A stretch of 64,000 bases of DNA from Octopus sinensis (lineage: Eukaryota): contig NC_043005.1 of NCBI RefSeq assembly GCF_006345805.1, forward strand, positions 72,168,001 through 72,232,000, written 5' to 3'. The notes below the pieces were generated by a model. The model ran no database searches. It was not told the DNA's origin and saw only the letters and a program-made list of their open reading frames with translations. Of the stretch, positions 51,806 through 64,000 are shown piece after piece (positions within the stretch are counted from its first letter, which is position 1; each line of letters begins with the position of its first letter). Both the position numbers and the translations under genes were made by a program.

Positions 51806-52079
51806 GATGATCTTTTTTTTTATTATTATCAAGGTTGATAAATATCTTGTGTATTCTCGTGCATCTTCATGACTACCAGCATTTGCTGAGCTTGTCAAAA
51901 AGATGCATGTGCACATATTGCAACTTTGTTGCATACTAATTTGGAATGCAATATCTCTCTCAGGATGTAAAAAAACCCCCAAAAAAACAAAACTTTCTCA
52001 TGTTTGTACCTGTTGTAGCAATCTCATTCATTTAATGATGACATAACAGTTTAGTTTATACATATATGTGTGTATTCAT

Positions 52080-52480
52080 GCACATATATATATGCACTAT
52101 ATACACATACATACATATTCACACACACACACATTGATATATGTACATAGGTATATGAATATATATATATATATCTGTGTGTATGAATGCATGTATATAC
52201 TTATAGACACACACACGCATATACACTCACACACACACACACACATATATACACATACGTCATCATTTAACATCCTCTTTCCAAATATATATATATGTGT
52301 GTGGTGTGTGTGTGTGTGTATGTATATATATGTGTATATATATATGTGTGTGTGTGTGTGCGTGTATATATCTGTATGTGTATATATGTGTATATATATA
52401 TGTGTGTATATATATGTGTGTGTGTGTATATATATGTATGTATGTATGTGTATGTATATGTATGTATGTATGTATGTATG

Positions 52481-52512
<32 letters not shown>

Positions 52513-52535
52513 TGTATGTATATGTATATATTGTA
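52080..52535. repeat. Compound (CA)n/(TG)n/(TA)n/(TATG)n microsatellite
   Basis: Direct reading. Confidence 0.95.
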
Positions 52536-54919
52536 ATATAAAGAGAGGGAGAGAGGTGGGAGATACCTATATTCAATGCTATTAAGTGGTATTAATAGTT
52601 ATGCGAAAAAGTTTCAATGTCTGTTACTAGTAAATATCATCAGAAGATACAAAGCAAAAACAAAAACCCTAATTACTCTTGCCGTTGTCTGCCAATGTAA
52701 CTTTACAGATAACATTCTCAATGTTCATTCATTAAATATTTGTTACTCCAGAACAGTCAGTAGATAGGCAGAATCAGAAAAAGCAATGAATGAAATTCCT
52801 TGTGTTGTTTCATGAAAATTCCTTTTACTTTCTCACTCCAAATACCTCCATAGTAAACTTTACATTTCATGCTTGTAAAGTGATAAAATATTTAAATACT
52901 GGGTTGATCTAATTGACTGTGTCCTCCCCACCAAACTTGTGGCTGTTTCATTACGTCAAGAAAGAAAAAGAAAAAAAATGCTATGAATTATTTGCTGCTT
53001 TTCTCCTTTCTTTCTTTCTTTCTTTCTTTCATTTATTTTCTTTCTTTATTCCTTTTCTTTTTGTCTTCATTTCATTTCTGTCCTTTTATTTGTTTTTCTT
53101 TCGTCTTCTTGCTTTCTTCTTCCCCTCCTCTCCTCTTCCTCTGAAGTTTTTGTAATTATTTAGTAGTCATAATAATAATAATACCCACAGATATTCAGAT
53201 TAATATAGACTAATTAATACTAATTATTACACTACACTACATCTTCCCATCCCCAAAGACACTGATTTCCCTAATGACAAACTAACTACTGAACTTTGCT
53301 TTATTGCATGCTTGTTCTAAACACTTTTCTAAAATGCCAGCATATATTTTTTTTTACGTTCATTATCATTCAAAGATATAATACTGTAAACCATTATATT
53401 TCATTATTAGAAAAACAACAACAACAACAACAACAAAAACAAACAACAAAAAAACGAGCAATTTATTCTTCTTTACCATATATATCTTAGTGCGGATGAT
53501 ACTTGCATACTATGCCACTATTTCACAGGAAAGGAATATATATAAATTTTTAAGGATGTATTGATCAGATTCAGTAAGAATAAAGATACTACCTCTCTTC
53601 TTCCTGTTCTCTCTCTGGTTTCTATACTTTTTCGGTTCCTTTTTTTCCTGTTAGGTTTCATGGTAGGACGAGAAAATAGAGACAAATACTAGAGAAGCTG
53701 AAGTATTTGTCTATTTACCAAACAAACACGAGTTGAAATTCTGCTCATCTGAATTTCATTATACTTTTAAATTAAAAGCACCTCACTATTTACAAAAACG
53801 AAGCAAATATCTATATTTTCAGAACCTTCCAAATCTCGCTAGATGAGAAAAGGAAAAAAAAAAAAAAAAAAGAAATTAAAGGTCATTTTTATCAGTGTTA
53901 ATAAACTGCTTTTACTCAGATATTTTATTGATCCTTCTTAGAAATTGTTTATTAATTTTTGGTGATAACTTTATTGCAGTTTATCATGTTGGCAGTTTAT
54001 TTGATGTCAACTCCAAATTTCTTTCTTTTATTATTTTTACTTCATTCTTTTCCAAATAATATAAAATCTTCTCTTTCTCTCTCTCCCTCTCTTTTACTAC
54101 ATGAGTATTGCCTTCTTATTGAAATCTTGTTATTTTCAAGTAATCAATTGGTTATATCTCTTTTTCATCTTTTTTATATACATATATATTTTTTTTTTTT
54201 ATATCTTTACCTTTGGAGAAGTCTCATTACTAGTCTTGCTCTTATAATTAAAGAAAGAAATGCAATATCTGTTGGAATCCTTTTAGTTTCACCCTTTTGA
54301 TACTAACCTCTTGTTCTTTGATAGAAAATTGCCACTTTTAATGTATCCATATTTAAATTAAAATCTTCTATCAAATTTTATGTAAAAAAATTCAAAACAA
54401 AAAACTTTTGTTTAGCTATCTTCAAAAAATCACTTCATAGAGAAATAAGCATTAATGTTAAGTATTTCACTAGATACAACCAATTCTTGATTAAGAGAGA
54501 AACACACAGATATTTTTCAGTAGAAATACAGTCATGAAATGGTTAACTACAAGTAGTATATTACCAAAGTGGCAATAAAAATGTAGTAAAACACATTCAG
54601 CCAACCATCACACACAAGTGAATAAGGGTTAGTAATCTTGTGTGCCATGTTTTAGCTAATTGTTTTAGATGCTTTTGTAGTTGCAAGCAGACATAAGCAC
54701 CCTATCAGGCCCCTCACCCATGACCAGAACTGCCATAAAGACATAGTACATCATGTACACCCAGTCATCATGCTGAATGATTGGCAGTATGGGTTGGTGT
54801 CATGCACCCTGATTTCACTAATTGTTTTGACTGTCTAAGGGGTTACCAGTTAAAACAGACACTCCTATCAGCTACCTTAGGATGGTACACCATCAGAATC
54901 ATTAGTTACTCTTTAATTT

Positions 54920-55130
54920 TTTTGTTGTTGTTTCAGTCACTTGACTGTGGCCATGCTGGAGCACTGCCTTTAGTCGAGCAAATCGACTCCAGGACTTATT
55001 CTTTGTAAGCCTAGTACTTATTCTATCGGTGTCTTTTGCCGAACCACTAAGTTACAGGGATGTAAACACACTGGCATCGGTTGTTAAGCGATGTGGGGGG
55101 GGGCAAACACAGACACACAAACATACACAC

Positions 55131-55176
<46 letters not shown>

Positions 55177-55335
55177 GACGGGCTTCTTTCAGTTTCCATC
55201 TACCAAATCCACTCACAAGGCTTTGGTCGGCCCGAAGCTATAGTAGAAGACACTTGCCCAAGGTGCCATGCAGTGGGACTGAACTCGGAACCATGTGGTT
55301 CGTAAGCAGGCTACTTACCACACAGCCACTCCTAC
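54920..55335 (-). mobile_element. Family B SINE, full length, young
   Basis: Collinear with 48497-48868. Confidence 0.92.
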
Positions 55336-55644
55336 ACCTAACAGCCACATAAAATACTTAGCAGTATATCTTCTGGCTCTTTACATCCTGAGTTCAAATC
55401 CAGCCGAAGTTAACTGTGTTCTCCATCCCTTCAGGATTGATAGAATATAGCACCAGTTGAGTACTGGGTACTGGGTTTGAGGTAATTGACTTGTCCTCTC
55501 CTTCTCTTAGAATTACTGGCCTTGAAAACTACAGATGCTGGTATCCCATTCAGTGGGATATCTTGTAATCTCTTGTTGTCTTATACAGTATGGAAACTGA
55601 GTAACCGTCCTTATGTGTCTTAGGCTCAAAAGCTACCAACACAT

Positions 55645-56017
55645 ATGTAGTAGCTGTGTGGTAAGAAGCTTGTTTCCCAACCACATGGTTTTAGGTTCAG
55701 TCCCACTGCATGGTACCCTGGGAAGGTGTTTTCTAATATAGCTCCAGGCCGACCAAAGCCTTGTGAGTGGATTTGATAGAAGGAAACTGAAAGAAGCCTG
55801 TCATATATATATGTGTGTGTGTTTGTCCCTTCATCACAGTTGGACAATCAGTGTTGGTGTGTTTATGTCCCTATAACTTAGCAATTCGGCAAAAGAAACT
55901 AATAGGATAAGTACTAGACTTTAAAAAAATACAAGTCCTGAGGTCAATCTGTTCAACTAAAACCCTTCAAGGCAGTGCTCCAGCATGGTCTCAGTCAAAT
56001 GACTGAAACAAGTAAAA

Positions 56018-56020
<3 letters not shown>
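55645..56020 (+). mobile_element. Family B SINE, full length
   Basis: gctgtgtggtaagaagcttg..gactgaaacaagtaaaagaa. Confidence 0.88.
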
Positions 56021-56056
<36 letters not shown>

Positions 56057-57289
56057 CATGTCATATAAGGGGTTACAGCTGGAAGGAGGACTGAACCTGG
56101 TTGGTACACATTACTGCTGAATAGACTGGTGCAATGTAGAATGCCTTGCATACAGATGCAATGTGCTGCCAAGTTCATGAATTGAACTGGAAACCCTATG
56201 ATAACAAACCAAACTATCTAACCACTAAGCCATGTACCTTCACTAATGCAAAGCAAGAAAAAAAAAAGACCCAGATTTGGAGGTTTCTCAAAAATGTTAA
56301 TTCTTGCTATTTGCATTTTGACTCTTTAACATATCTGTCATAATAATAAATGGTCCTCTCTTATCCGTTCTCCCCTCTTTTTTGACCTCTTCTATATTTC
56401 TATTTCACTAGTTCTCTCATTCTATCCTTTTCTCTCCCTCTCTTTAAACCAAAATTTTTTTACCATTTTTTGTGTGTAGATCTTCTGTTCTTCTCTCTCA
56501 CCCTCTCTTGAAATTAATCATTCTGAAGTTTGTATGTCACAGTTGCAATACTCTTTTTTTTATGCATTAGAACGTGCAAACTTATAATGTGCATCTTACT
56601 CAGTGCACATCCATCTTATTAAGGATTCTCTCTGATGTTGCCATATCAATGTTGTTGACTGAATGTTATTTATCATATTCTTTGCCCTGGTCTAATTAGT
56701 TATTCTGCAGACACACAGACACACACACTATACAAATATAAGCCCTAAGCCACAGAGGGATCCTTTACATGGTTACTCATTCAGCTAAAAATAGCAGCAA
56801 AGTTGCCATCAAATTAGATCTTTTTTTCTTGGAAAGAGCAATGTAAAATTAAAATTGGTAATGCTGTCTGAAATACATTGTCTGAATAAAAGATGACTGT
56901 CATGGTTGGAATACCTTTCATCACTGGTTTGTTTGACCAGGACTGATTTAGTTCTAAATGGCAAATACTACAATACCCAAACAAATGTTCATCCTCACAC
57001 ATATCTACACAATGACATTTATTGTTACCTCTTTCAATTACTGCCCCTTTCCAGTAATGACTACATCTTCCTGCCTCTGTAGCTTCACACCTTTTATTTA
57101 CTTACTTTAATTTTCCACTTACAATAGCTGACTTAATACACCACCTTGCTGGACACCATCATTGAGTGACTTTAATAGTTGCAAGCATTCAAGCCAGGTC
57201 TCTAGTCTTAGAGTAACTTCCTTCCTTCCTTCCTTCTCATAGGGATAATCTTCCTCTTATGTTGACTGTCTTGAGCTTATATACCCAAT

Positions 57290-57452
57290 CATCATCATCA
57301 TCATCGTTTAACGTCTGTTTTCCATGCTACCATGGGTTGGATGGTTCGACCGGTGTCTGGGAAGTCAGGAGGCTGCACCAGGCTCCAGTCTGATCTGGCA
57401 GTGTTTCTACAGCTGGATGCTCTTCCTAACGCCAACCACTCCGTGAGTGTAA
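57290..57452 (-). mobile_element. Family C SINE-like element, 3' part
   Basis: catcatcatcgtttaacgtctg..cctaacgccaaccactcc. Confidence 0.85.
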
Positions 57453-58479
57453 TCCAACCACTTATTTTGGTTTCCATGGATTTTAAGCTATTGCGGTACA
57501 AGACTGCATCCTCAGCCTGAGAATGAAATACCAATCTGTCACAGAGTTAAATCCTCCACCCCACCCTCAAATCAAATCTATCACTTAGTTCTGTCACAAG
57601 TCCAAGGATTCATAAAGCCTGAGATTAACCTGGTTTTCATGATACATAAGTGACTAAGATTACAACTCTCTCTCATGAACACAATGCCAGTGTGTCACAT
57701 AATTAACTTCCTAAATATTTTTGGAACTCATTTTTAAAGTTGAGTGAAATAACGTGTTTTATTCGAGACCATGATCCACTGACTGGTTCAGAAATAATAA
57801 TTTCAATAGTATTTGAAATTGTAAGATCAAGAGTGCAAGGCCTAACCACAAGGCTGTGCATCTTCACTCCAGCTATCAATGAGATTAATTTTTAGTAGAG
57901 TGGATTGAAGCAACAGGAAATGGAGTGCTTTGTTCAAGGACCCAACATACCACCCAGTCCAAGAATTGATCTTGCAACCTAATGGTTGTGACCTCAACAC
58001 CTGAACTTCTGCATCACATACTCTCATGCTTCTCAACCATGAGAAAAAATATAGCTTCAACCTGCTTTAGTAATTGTCTGTCCATTAAAAAACAAAGAAA
58101 ACAATTCATTTATGCTAATCTTCAATTGTTTCTCTTACTATATTGAGAAATTATTATCTATATTCAGAATATTTTCAATTAATTAAATTAATATATCTCT
58201 TCAGACCAACCCGATGTAAGAAAAGGAATGGAAGATTATAATTTTCATTACACTTTGCTTCATGTTCATTTAATCTTTTATTCTTTGTTGATCATTAAAA
58301 TAAGTACCAATCATATAGCAAAGTGTGTTTATCCAACTGTCTCTCCTAAATTTAGTGACTTTATACTTGTATTCTTCCAGGGTCAATAAAGTAAACACCT
58401 GTCACATACAACAGTCTCCCTAAATTTTGTAACCTAAAGTTTATATCCATCTAGAATTAATAAAATAAATATCACGTAA

Positions 58480-58644
58480 ATAGCACGTAAAAAGCACCCA
58501 CTACACTCATGGAGTGGTTGGCATTAGGAAGGGCATCCAGCCGTAGAAACACTGCCAGATCAGACTGGGTCTGATGCAGCCTTCTGGCTTCACAGACCCC
58601 AGTTGAACCGTCCAACCCATGCTAGCATGGAAAGCGGACGCTAA

Positions 58645-58676
<32 letters not shown>

Positions 58677-58677
58677 C
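58480..58677 (+). mobile_element. Family C SINE-like element, 3' part
   Basis: aaaagcacccactacactcatggagtggttggcattagg..gcggacgctaaat(gat)n. Confidence 0.85.
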
Positions 58678-59239
58678 AGTCATATAACAAGATGTGTTTA
58701 ACCAACTGTCTCCCGTAAGTTTTGTGACATGATGCTTGTATCCTTCCAGGGTTAATAAAGAATAAATATAACCAACAAAACTCGTCCCCTCCTCAAAAAT
58801 TGTAGCCATTAAACCTATGTTCATTATCCCTATCGTTTTACATTGGCTTTCAATGGGTTGAATTGGTTGTCATAGTTTGAGTTAATTACTATTTGGAGTT
58901 ACTCCTCCTGGATGGATCAGAGGACAAAGTCATTTTATTTTTGACATGGTTTCTACAGCCGGATCCCTTTTCATAACACCATCCACTTTACTGAGTATAT
59001 GAGATGATTTCAATTGTGACACCCACACTGTTATTCCACAGTAGGAGAAAAGCTTTCCTTGAGCATGCCTTGCTTTGTCTACCACATTCTGTAATGGGTG
59101 CATTTTATTGTAGCAGCAGCACAAGTAAGGTCTTATATTTTGATATCGTTATAATTATTTTGAAGTAATTCAACTTGTCTTAATTTATTGTGTAACATCT
59201 CTAACTCACACCTCATTTTTTTATATGACATTATTGTAC

Positions 59240-59658
59240 AGGCGTAGGAGTGGCTGTGTGATAAGTAGCTTGCTTGCAAACCACATGGTTCTAGGTTCAG
59301 TCCCACTGTGTGGTAGCTTGGGCAAGTGTCTTCTACTATAGCCTCGGGCCGACCAAAGCCTTGTGAGTGGATTTGGTAGATGGAAACTGAAAGAAGCCCG
59401 TCGTATATATGTATATATATATATATATGTATGTGTGTGTATATATTTGTGTGTCTGTGTTTGTCCCTCCAACATCGCCTGACAACCAATGCTGGTGTGT
59501 TTATGTCCCCGTAACTTAGCGGTTCGGCAAAAGAGACTGATAGAATAAGTATTAGGCTTACAAAGAATCAGTCCTGGAGTTGATTTGCTCGATTGACTAA
59601 AGGCGGTGCTCCAGCATGGCCACAGTCAAATGACTGAAACAAGTAAAAGAGTAAAAGA
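59240..59658 (+). mobile_element. Family B SINE, full length, young
   Basis: ggcgtaggagtggctgtgtg..gaaacaagtaaaagagtaaaagag. Confidence 0.92.
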
Positions 59659-60961
59659 GACCTGCATATTCTTGTATCTCATTTCTATTGTATGTATGAA
59701 AGAACTTTAAAACCATCCCCCAACCCAATTGCCATCATGATTATTCTATTGTTGTTGCTGTTGCTAAATCTTTTATGGTTGAGTTGTGTCTCAGCTCCAG
59801 CACAAACCCCAGAGGCATAACACCCTCCTCAGCATATGAGTCATTCCAATTACAACAGTCATTTGTAAGCTTCCTAATATATCTGGTATGCCTAAAATTT
59901 CAGATTCTTTGAAATTTTTCAGCGTACCAACAACAAAAAACACAATTTTGTCTGTTGCTTGATGTATTTCTCATACCTGGCTTGCCAAATCCTGATATTC
60001 TTGTCTACCTTCACTCTCTTGGAGATTTAAATTTTGGTCAGCAGGAACAGCAATGTCTGTCATGACCTATTCATGTGTGTCTTTGTGCACAATTGTGATA
60101 TCAATGTGATTATGCTCTACATGCCTGTCTATAAAGATGGTTATTCCTTACCTGAGCTTCATTACTTTTGATAGTTACCTTATAAATACATTTGTGTGTG
60201 TATGTATGTGTGTATGTATGTCATTGTTCAGTTTTATTTCAAGATTTCTTGCCAATAGAGAAAGAGCTCGTTTCTAACCTAGATCCAAGGCTCCTTCATT
60301 GGAATTTCAACACCAACAACAGGGCACTTTTGTTTGTTTGTCTGTTTGTATGTATGTATGTATGTATGCATGTATGTATGTGTGCAGATTTGTATATTTT
60401 GCTTTAGGTATGTATTCTTATGGATATAGTCGCATATGTAAGTATGAATGTATATACATGTATGTGAATATATATGTGTGTGTGTTGTGTAGACATATAT
60501 ATGTGTATGTTTGTATTTTTATTTGAATGGTAATTTCATGAAGAAGTAGATACTTTGCGTTATTCAGCTTAATACCTCGCTCATCTGCTTTTATCTCTTA
60601 ACAAGATCTGATTCATCTTTCATCATTCAAGTGTTGATAATATAAACTACAGTCAGATACTTAGAGATAATAAATTAAGTACTAATTGCACAAATTAGTC
60701 TTGTGTCTTCTCAAAAGTAATGATTCGTGTTTACAAGCTCTTTACAATTTGTTTACCTGACTGAATGACAGAGGAAGAAACACAGTATTTAAAGAGTCTT
60801 AAACAGTCTCAAAGACATGGGGAAGCTAGAGGGTTTGAGTTGTCTCACAGATGGTAGATTCAGTGGCCAGATGGTAACATTAATCCAGGCTGCAAATTAG
60901 TTTGCTTCAAAAAAGTCAGTTACATACAATTCGCCTGACTGTCTTCCTTAGAGTTTCTTAT

Positions 60962-61190
60962 CTCGTTATTGCCCACAAGGGGCTAAACATAGAGGGGACA
61001 AAAAAGGACAGACAAAGGGATTAAGGCGATTACATCGACCCCAGTGCATAACTGGTACTTAATTTATCGACCCCAAAAGGATAAAAGGCAAAGTCGACCT
61101 CAGCAGAATTTGAACTCAGAACGTAATGGCAGACGAAATACTGCTAAGCATTTCGCCCAGTATGCTAACGTTTCTGACAGCTCGCTGCCT
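60962..61190 (-). mobile_element. Family A SINE, full length
   Basis: Reverse complement of family A; probable TSD cctta(g/c)agtttctt. Confidence 0.88.
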
Positions 61191-61789
61191 TACAGTTTCC
61201 TTACAGTTTCTTTTAACCTAATTACTCTCACAAGGCTTTGGTTGATGTAAGTTGATAACAATAGATACTTTTATACCACTCCACACAGTTTGTAGGATCG
61301 AAGTTAAAATTTGTGATTCTAAACCAATGTTTTCAGCTTCATAGCTTTTTCTGTATACATAATGTCTATATGCACAAGGACATCCAGTCAGAATCCATGC
61401 CAAAACAGACAGTAGAGTTTGGCATAGCCCTCTAGCTTGCCAGTTCCTGTCAAACTGTTCAAACCATGCCAGCATGGAAAGTAGATATTAAATAACGATA
61501 ATGAAGATTTTGGGATAGGTTTGAAGAAAGGTTGGTGCCATGTTTTTCTAAAACCATTGAGTTCAATGCCATAAATTTTTCTCTTGTATGGATGCAAGCT
61601 GACAACTTCAGAAAAATATAAAGTTTGATACTTGGATAGTTCTATGAGTTGGTAGCTGAAGTATTTTATATATAATCATTAACATCACAGTCTTAATAGA
61701 GTTTACCTTTGATTAGACATACCGGCCATGCCTTTCCCATCTGTTTTTTCTGTTTTGTAATTGTATAACTGTAATGATATGCATAAGAT

Positions 61790-62240
61790 CTGGTCATCAA
61801 ATCTAACTTAAAATCTTCAAAGCCACAGTCGAACCAATTCTACTATATGGCTCAGAAATCTGGACGTTATCAAAGAAGCTTGAGAGGCAGTTGGCTGGAA
61901 CATACACTCACCTCCTTATGAGAGCTCAAAATATCTCGTGGAAGTGTCATCCAATCAAAGTACAAATATATGGGAAATTACCACCTGTATCATCTGTTGT
62001 GAAAGGTAGAAGAGTCCAGTTTGCTGGACATTGTTGTAGAGCTGAAAACGAGGTAATTTCTACTCTTTTCCTCTTGAAACCATCTGCTCGCAATACAGAG
62101 GGTGCACACTCTCCTACCCTGATGTAATCTCCAGGGATACAGGCATCCAGCAACAGGACCTCTGTCATGCTTTGATGGACTGTGAGGTCTGGCATAACAT
62201 AGTAAATTCAATTGTCTCGACTACAGTCGAACAATGTTGA
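61790..62240 (+). mobile_element. RTE-type LINE ORF2 C-terminal fragment
   Basis: KIFKATVEPILLYGSEIWTLSKKLERQLAGTYTHLLMRAQNISWK..RRVQFAGHCCR matches the RTE/CR1-like P.LLYGSE.W and R...F.GH motifs; followed by a short 3' end. Confidence 0.85.
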
Positions 62241-62420
62241 TGACATTGCCCAATGTGTCCTTTACCTTGCATCTGGGCTCCCAAGTGAAAAAGTAAATAG
62301 TTATCTAAACAGCTCAAGAGTAACGATTGCAGGCAAATTAATGGACAGAATCAGCTGCATCTTTCTTTTCTAGTTGTGTTGTTCATTACCGCTTTACTGG
62401 GAATTCAACAGAGATGACAT

Positions 62421-62647
62421 TTAACCCTTTCATTACTGTATTTATCTTGAAATGCTCTGTGTTTCTCTCAATTAATTTTAAATGTTACAAAGAATTTAGT
62501 AAAATAACTTGGTTATCACTAAGCTAGTGTTAGGAACATAAATTGCGACTAAGGTTTGGTGGAAGATTTTAATTCAAACTTATGGAAACAAGACATTTGT
62601 ACTCAGAGTCAGAGCCGGTTTCAGCTGGGTTGATAACAAAAGGGTTA
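62421..62647. mobile_element. TTAA-flanked piggyBac-like MITE, family 2
   Basis: TTAA-CCCTTTCATTAC..GATAACAAAAGGG-TTA; collinear with 36061-36287. Confidence 0.8.
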
Positions 62648-62650
62648 TCT

Positions 62651-62872
62651 AAGGCAGCAAGCTGGCAAAACCGTTAGCATGCCGGGTGAAATGCGTAGCC
62701 GTATTTTGTCTGCCGTTACATTCTGAGTTCAAATTCCGCCGAGGTCGACTTTGCCTTTCATCCTTTTGGGGTCGTACCAGTTACGCACTGGGGTCGATGT
62801 AATTGACTTAATCCATTTGTCTGTCCTTTTTTGTCCCCTTTATGTTTAGCCCCTTGTGGGTAATAAAGAAAC
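62651..62872 (+). mobile_element. Family A SINE with small internal deletion
   Basis: aaggcagcaagctggcaaaaccgttagc..gggtaataaagaaa. Confidence 0.88.
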
Positions 62873-63819
62873 ACATTATGAAAGGGTTAAGCTACTCCTG
62901 CTAAAGTAGAATTATGGTGTGACATAGTTAAGGAAAAATTTGCTGCTAATTCTAGCAGGTCTGTTGACTTTGTAGAGGATTTTTCATTTGTTCAAGGCTA
63001 ATAGCAGTTTCACACTGGCAAGAGTAATTGCAGCAGTGAATGCAATATACTTCACTATTATGACAATCTAGTTGAACTCACTTGTGTTTTAGGTTGTGAT
63101 CTCAACATTGCCAATGAAAAGTTCTCCATCTGAAATAAATTTTAATGGTTTGCCACCTTTCTTCACACTGAGCAATCAATTTATCTGTGTTAGATTAATT
63201 TACTATGCTGTATAATAATAATTTTTGTGTCAGAACATCAATACTCTTTCCATGTTTAGAGCTTTCATTCATAAAGCATGCGCCTCTGCAAATTTCTTCT
63301 TATTTTCACATTTTAAACAAAAGCCATTTTAACATAAATACACAATTTGTTGGTTTCAATTGTTTTACAATTTGTCATATTTATATAACTTTGAGTATAA
63401 AATATAGCAACAACAAACATTAAAATAAAACAGTTTCTTTTGTTTCAATTAAGTGTATACCTAAGGGTAGAAATGGTATTTGTGTTTATATTGTATTTTT
63501 GTACATTAATTTATGTAGAGTTCCAAACAAACAAGGGGGAAAAAAATGATGAAAAAATTTCATGCTATGTTTTTAGTTGATACTTTAAACAAGTGTGCTC
63601 AAGGTGAGCTGTATTATATCAGTGTTGTTAAATAAGCGTCAATAATTTATGCGTCCATTTTAGTGTTTCTTGCTTTCTTTTTTTTTTAATTTGATTTTAG
63701 TGTTTAAAATGCGTTCACACTCAAAATATAAAAATAGAATAGATAATAATATGTTAAATAAAGCCATAAAATTACAAGTTGCTCTCTTTGTGTTATCCAA
63801 GACAATCAAGACAATATTC

Positions 63820-64000
63820 TTTTATTCTTTTACTTGTTTCAGTCATTTGACTGTGGCCATGCTGGAGCACCACCTTGAGGGGTTTTTAGTTGAACAAATC
63901 GACCCTAGGATTTATTCTTTGTAAGCCTAGTACTTATTCTTACTTCTTTATTGCCCACAAGGGGCTAAACATAGAGGGGACAAACAAGGACAGACAAAGT
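63820..64000 (-). mobile_element. Family B SINE tail followed by family A SINE tail (runs off window)
   Basis: ttttacttgtttcagtcatttgactgtgg.. then ttattgcccacaaggggctaaacatagagggg. Confidence 0.8.

Noticed and set aside
51555-51982. Val-rich and Gly-rich ORFs and an adjacent minus-strand ORF
   Set aside because: Cryptic (CAC/CAT/CAA)n and (ATT)n simple repeats; any LINE similarity of 51820-51960 is too weak to call.
57455-57520. Minus-strand CTGAGGA ... GAAAC
   Set aside because: The intervening sequence does not form a stem II adjacent to both boxes.
60235-60330. Repeat with hairpin followed by GAAAC on the minus strand, resembling a Penelope-like end
   Set aside because: No CUGANGA or covariant box at the right position; left unclassified.

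Overview
AT-rich eukaryotic, almost entirely intronic DNA saturated with (TA)n/(CA)n/(TATG)n/(ATT)n microsatellites and tRNA-headed SINE-like repeats. The repeat landscape looks like a coleoid cephalopod, probably Octopus (inference, not verified). The only host coding sequence I can support is one 208-nt plus-strand exon (33032-33239) encoding the N-terminal half of a CUB domain. No neighbouring exon was found, so both flanking introns probably exceed 30 kb. The rest is transposon debris: CR1/L2-group, RTE and RLE-type LINE fragments, an internally deleted DD37D Tc1/mariner element, a mariner MITE, a hAT MITE, TTAA/piggyBac-like MITEs, a non-autonomous Helitron and several SINE families. Nearly all ORFs in the track are microsatellite or repeat artefacts. 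The most interesting signal is a set of minimal type I hammerhead-ribozyme-like modules. One has an intact catalytic core 240 nt upstream of the CUB exon on the antisense strand, one is a decayed copy, and two form the arms of a 279-bp palindrome, one arm with an apparent G3-C8 swapped core. SINE and LINE-fragment coordinates are approximate (tens of bp).
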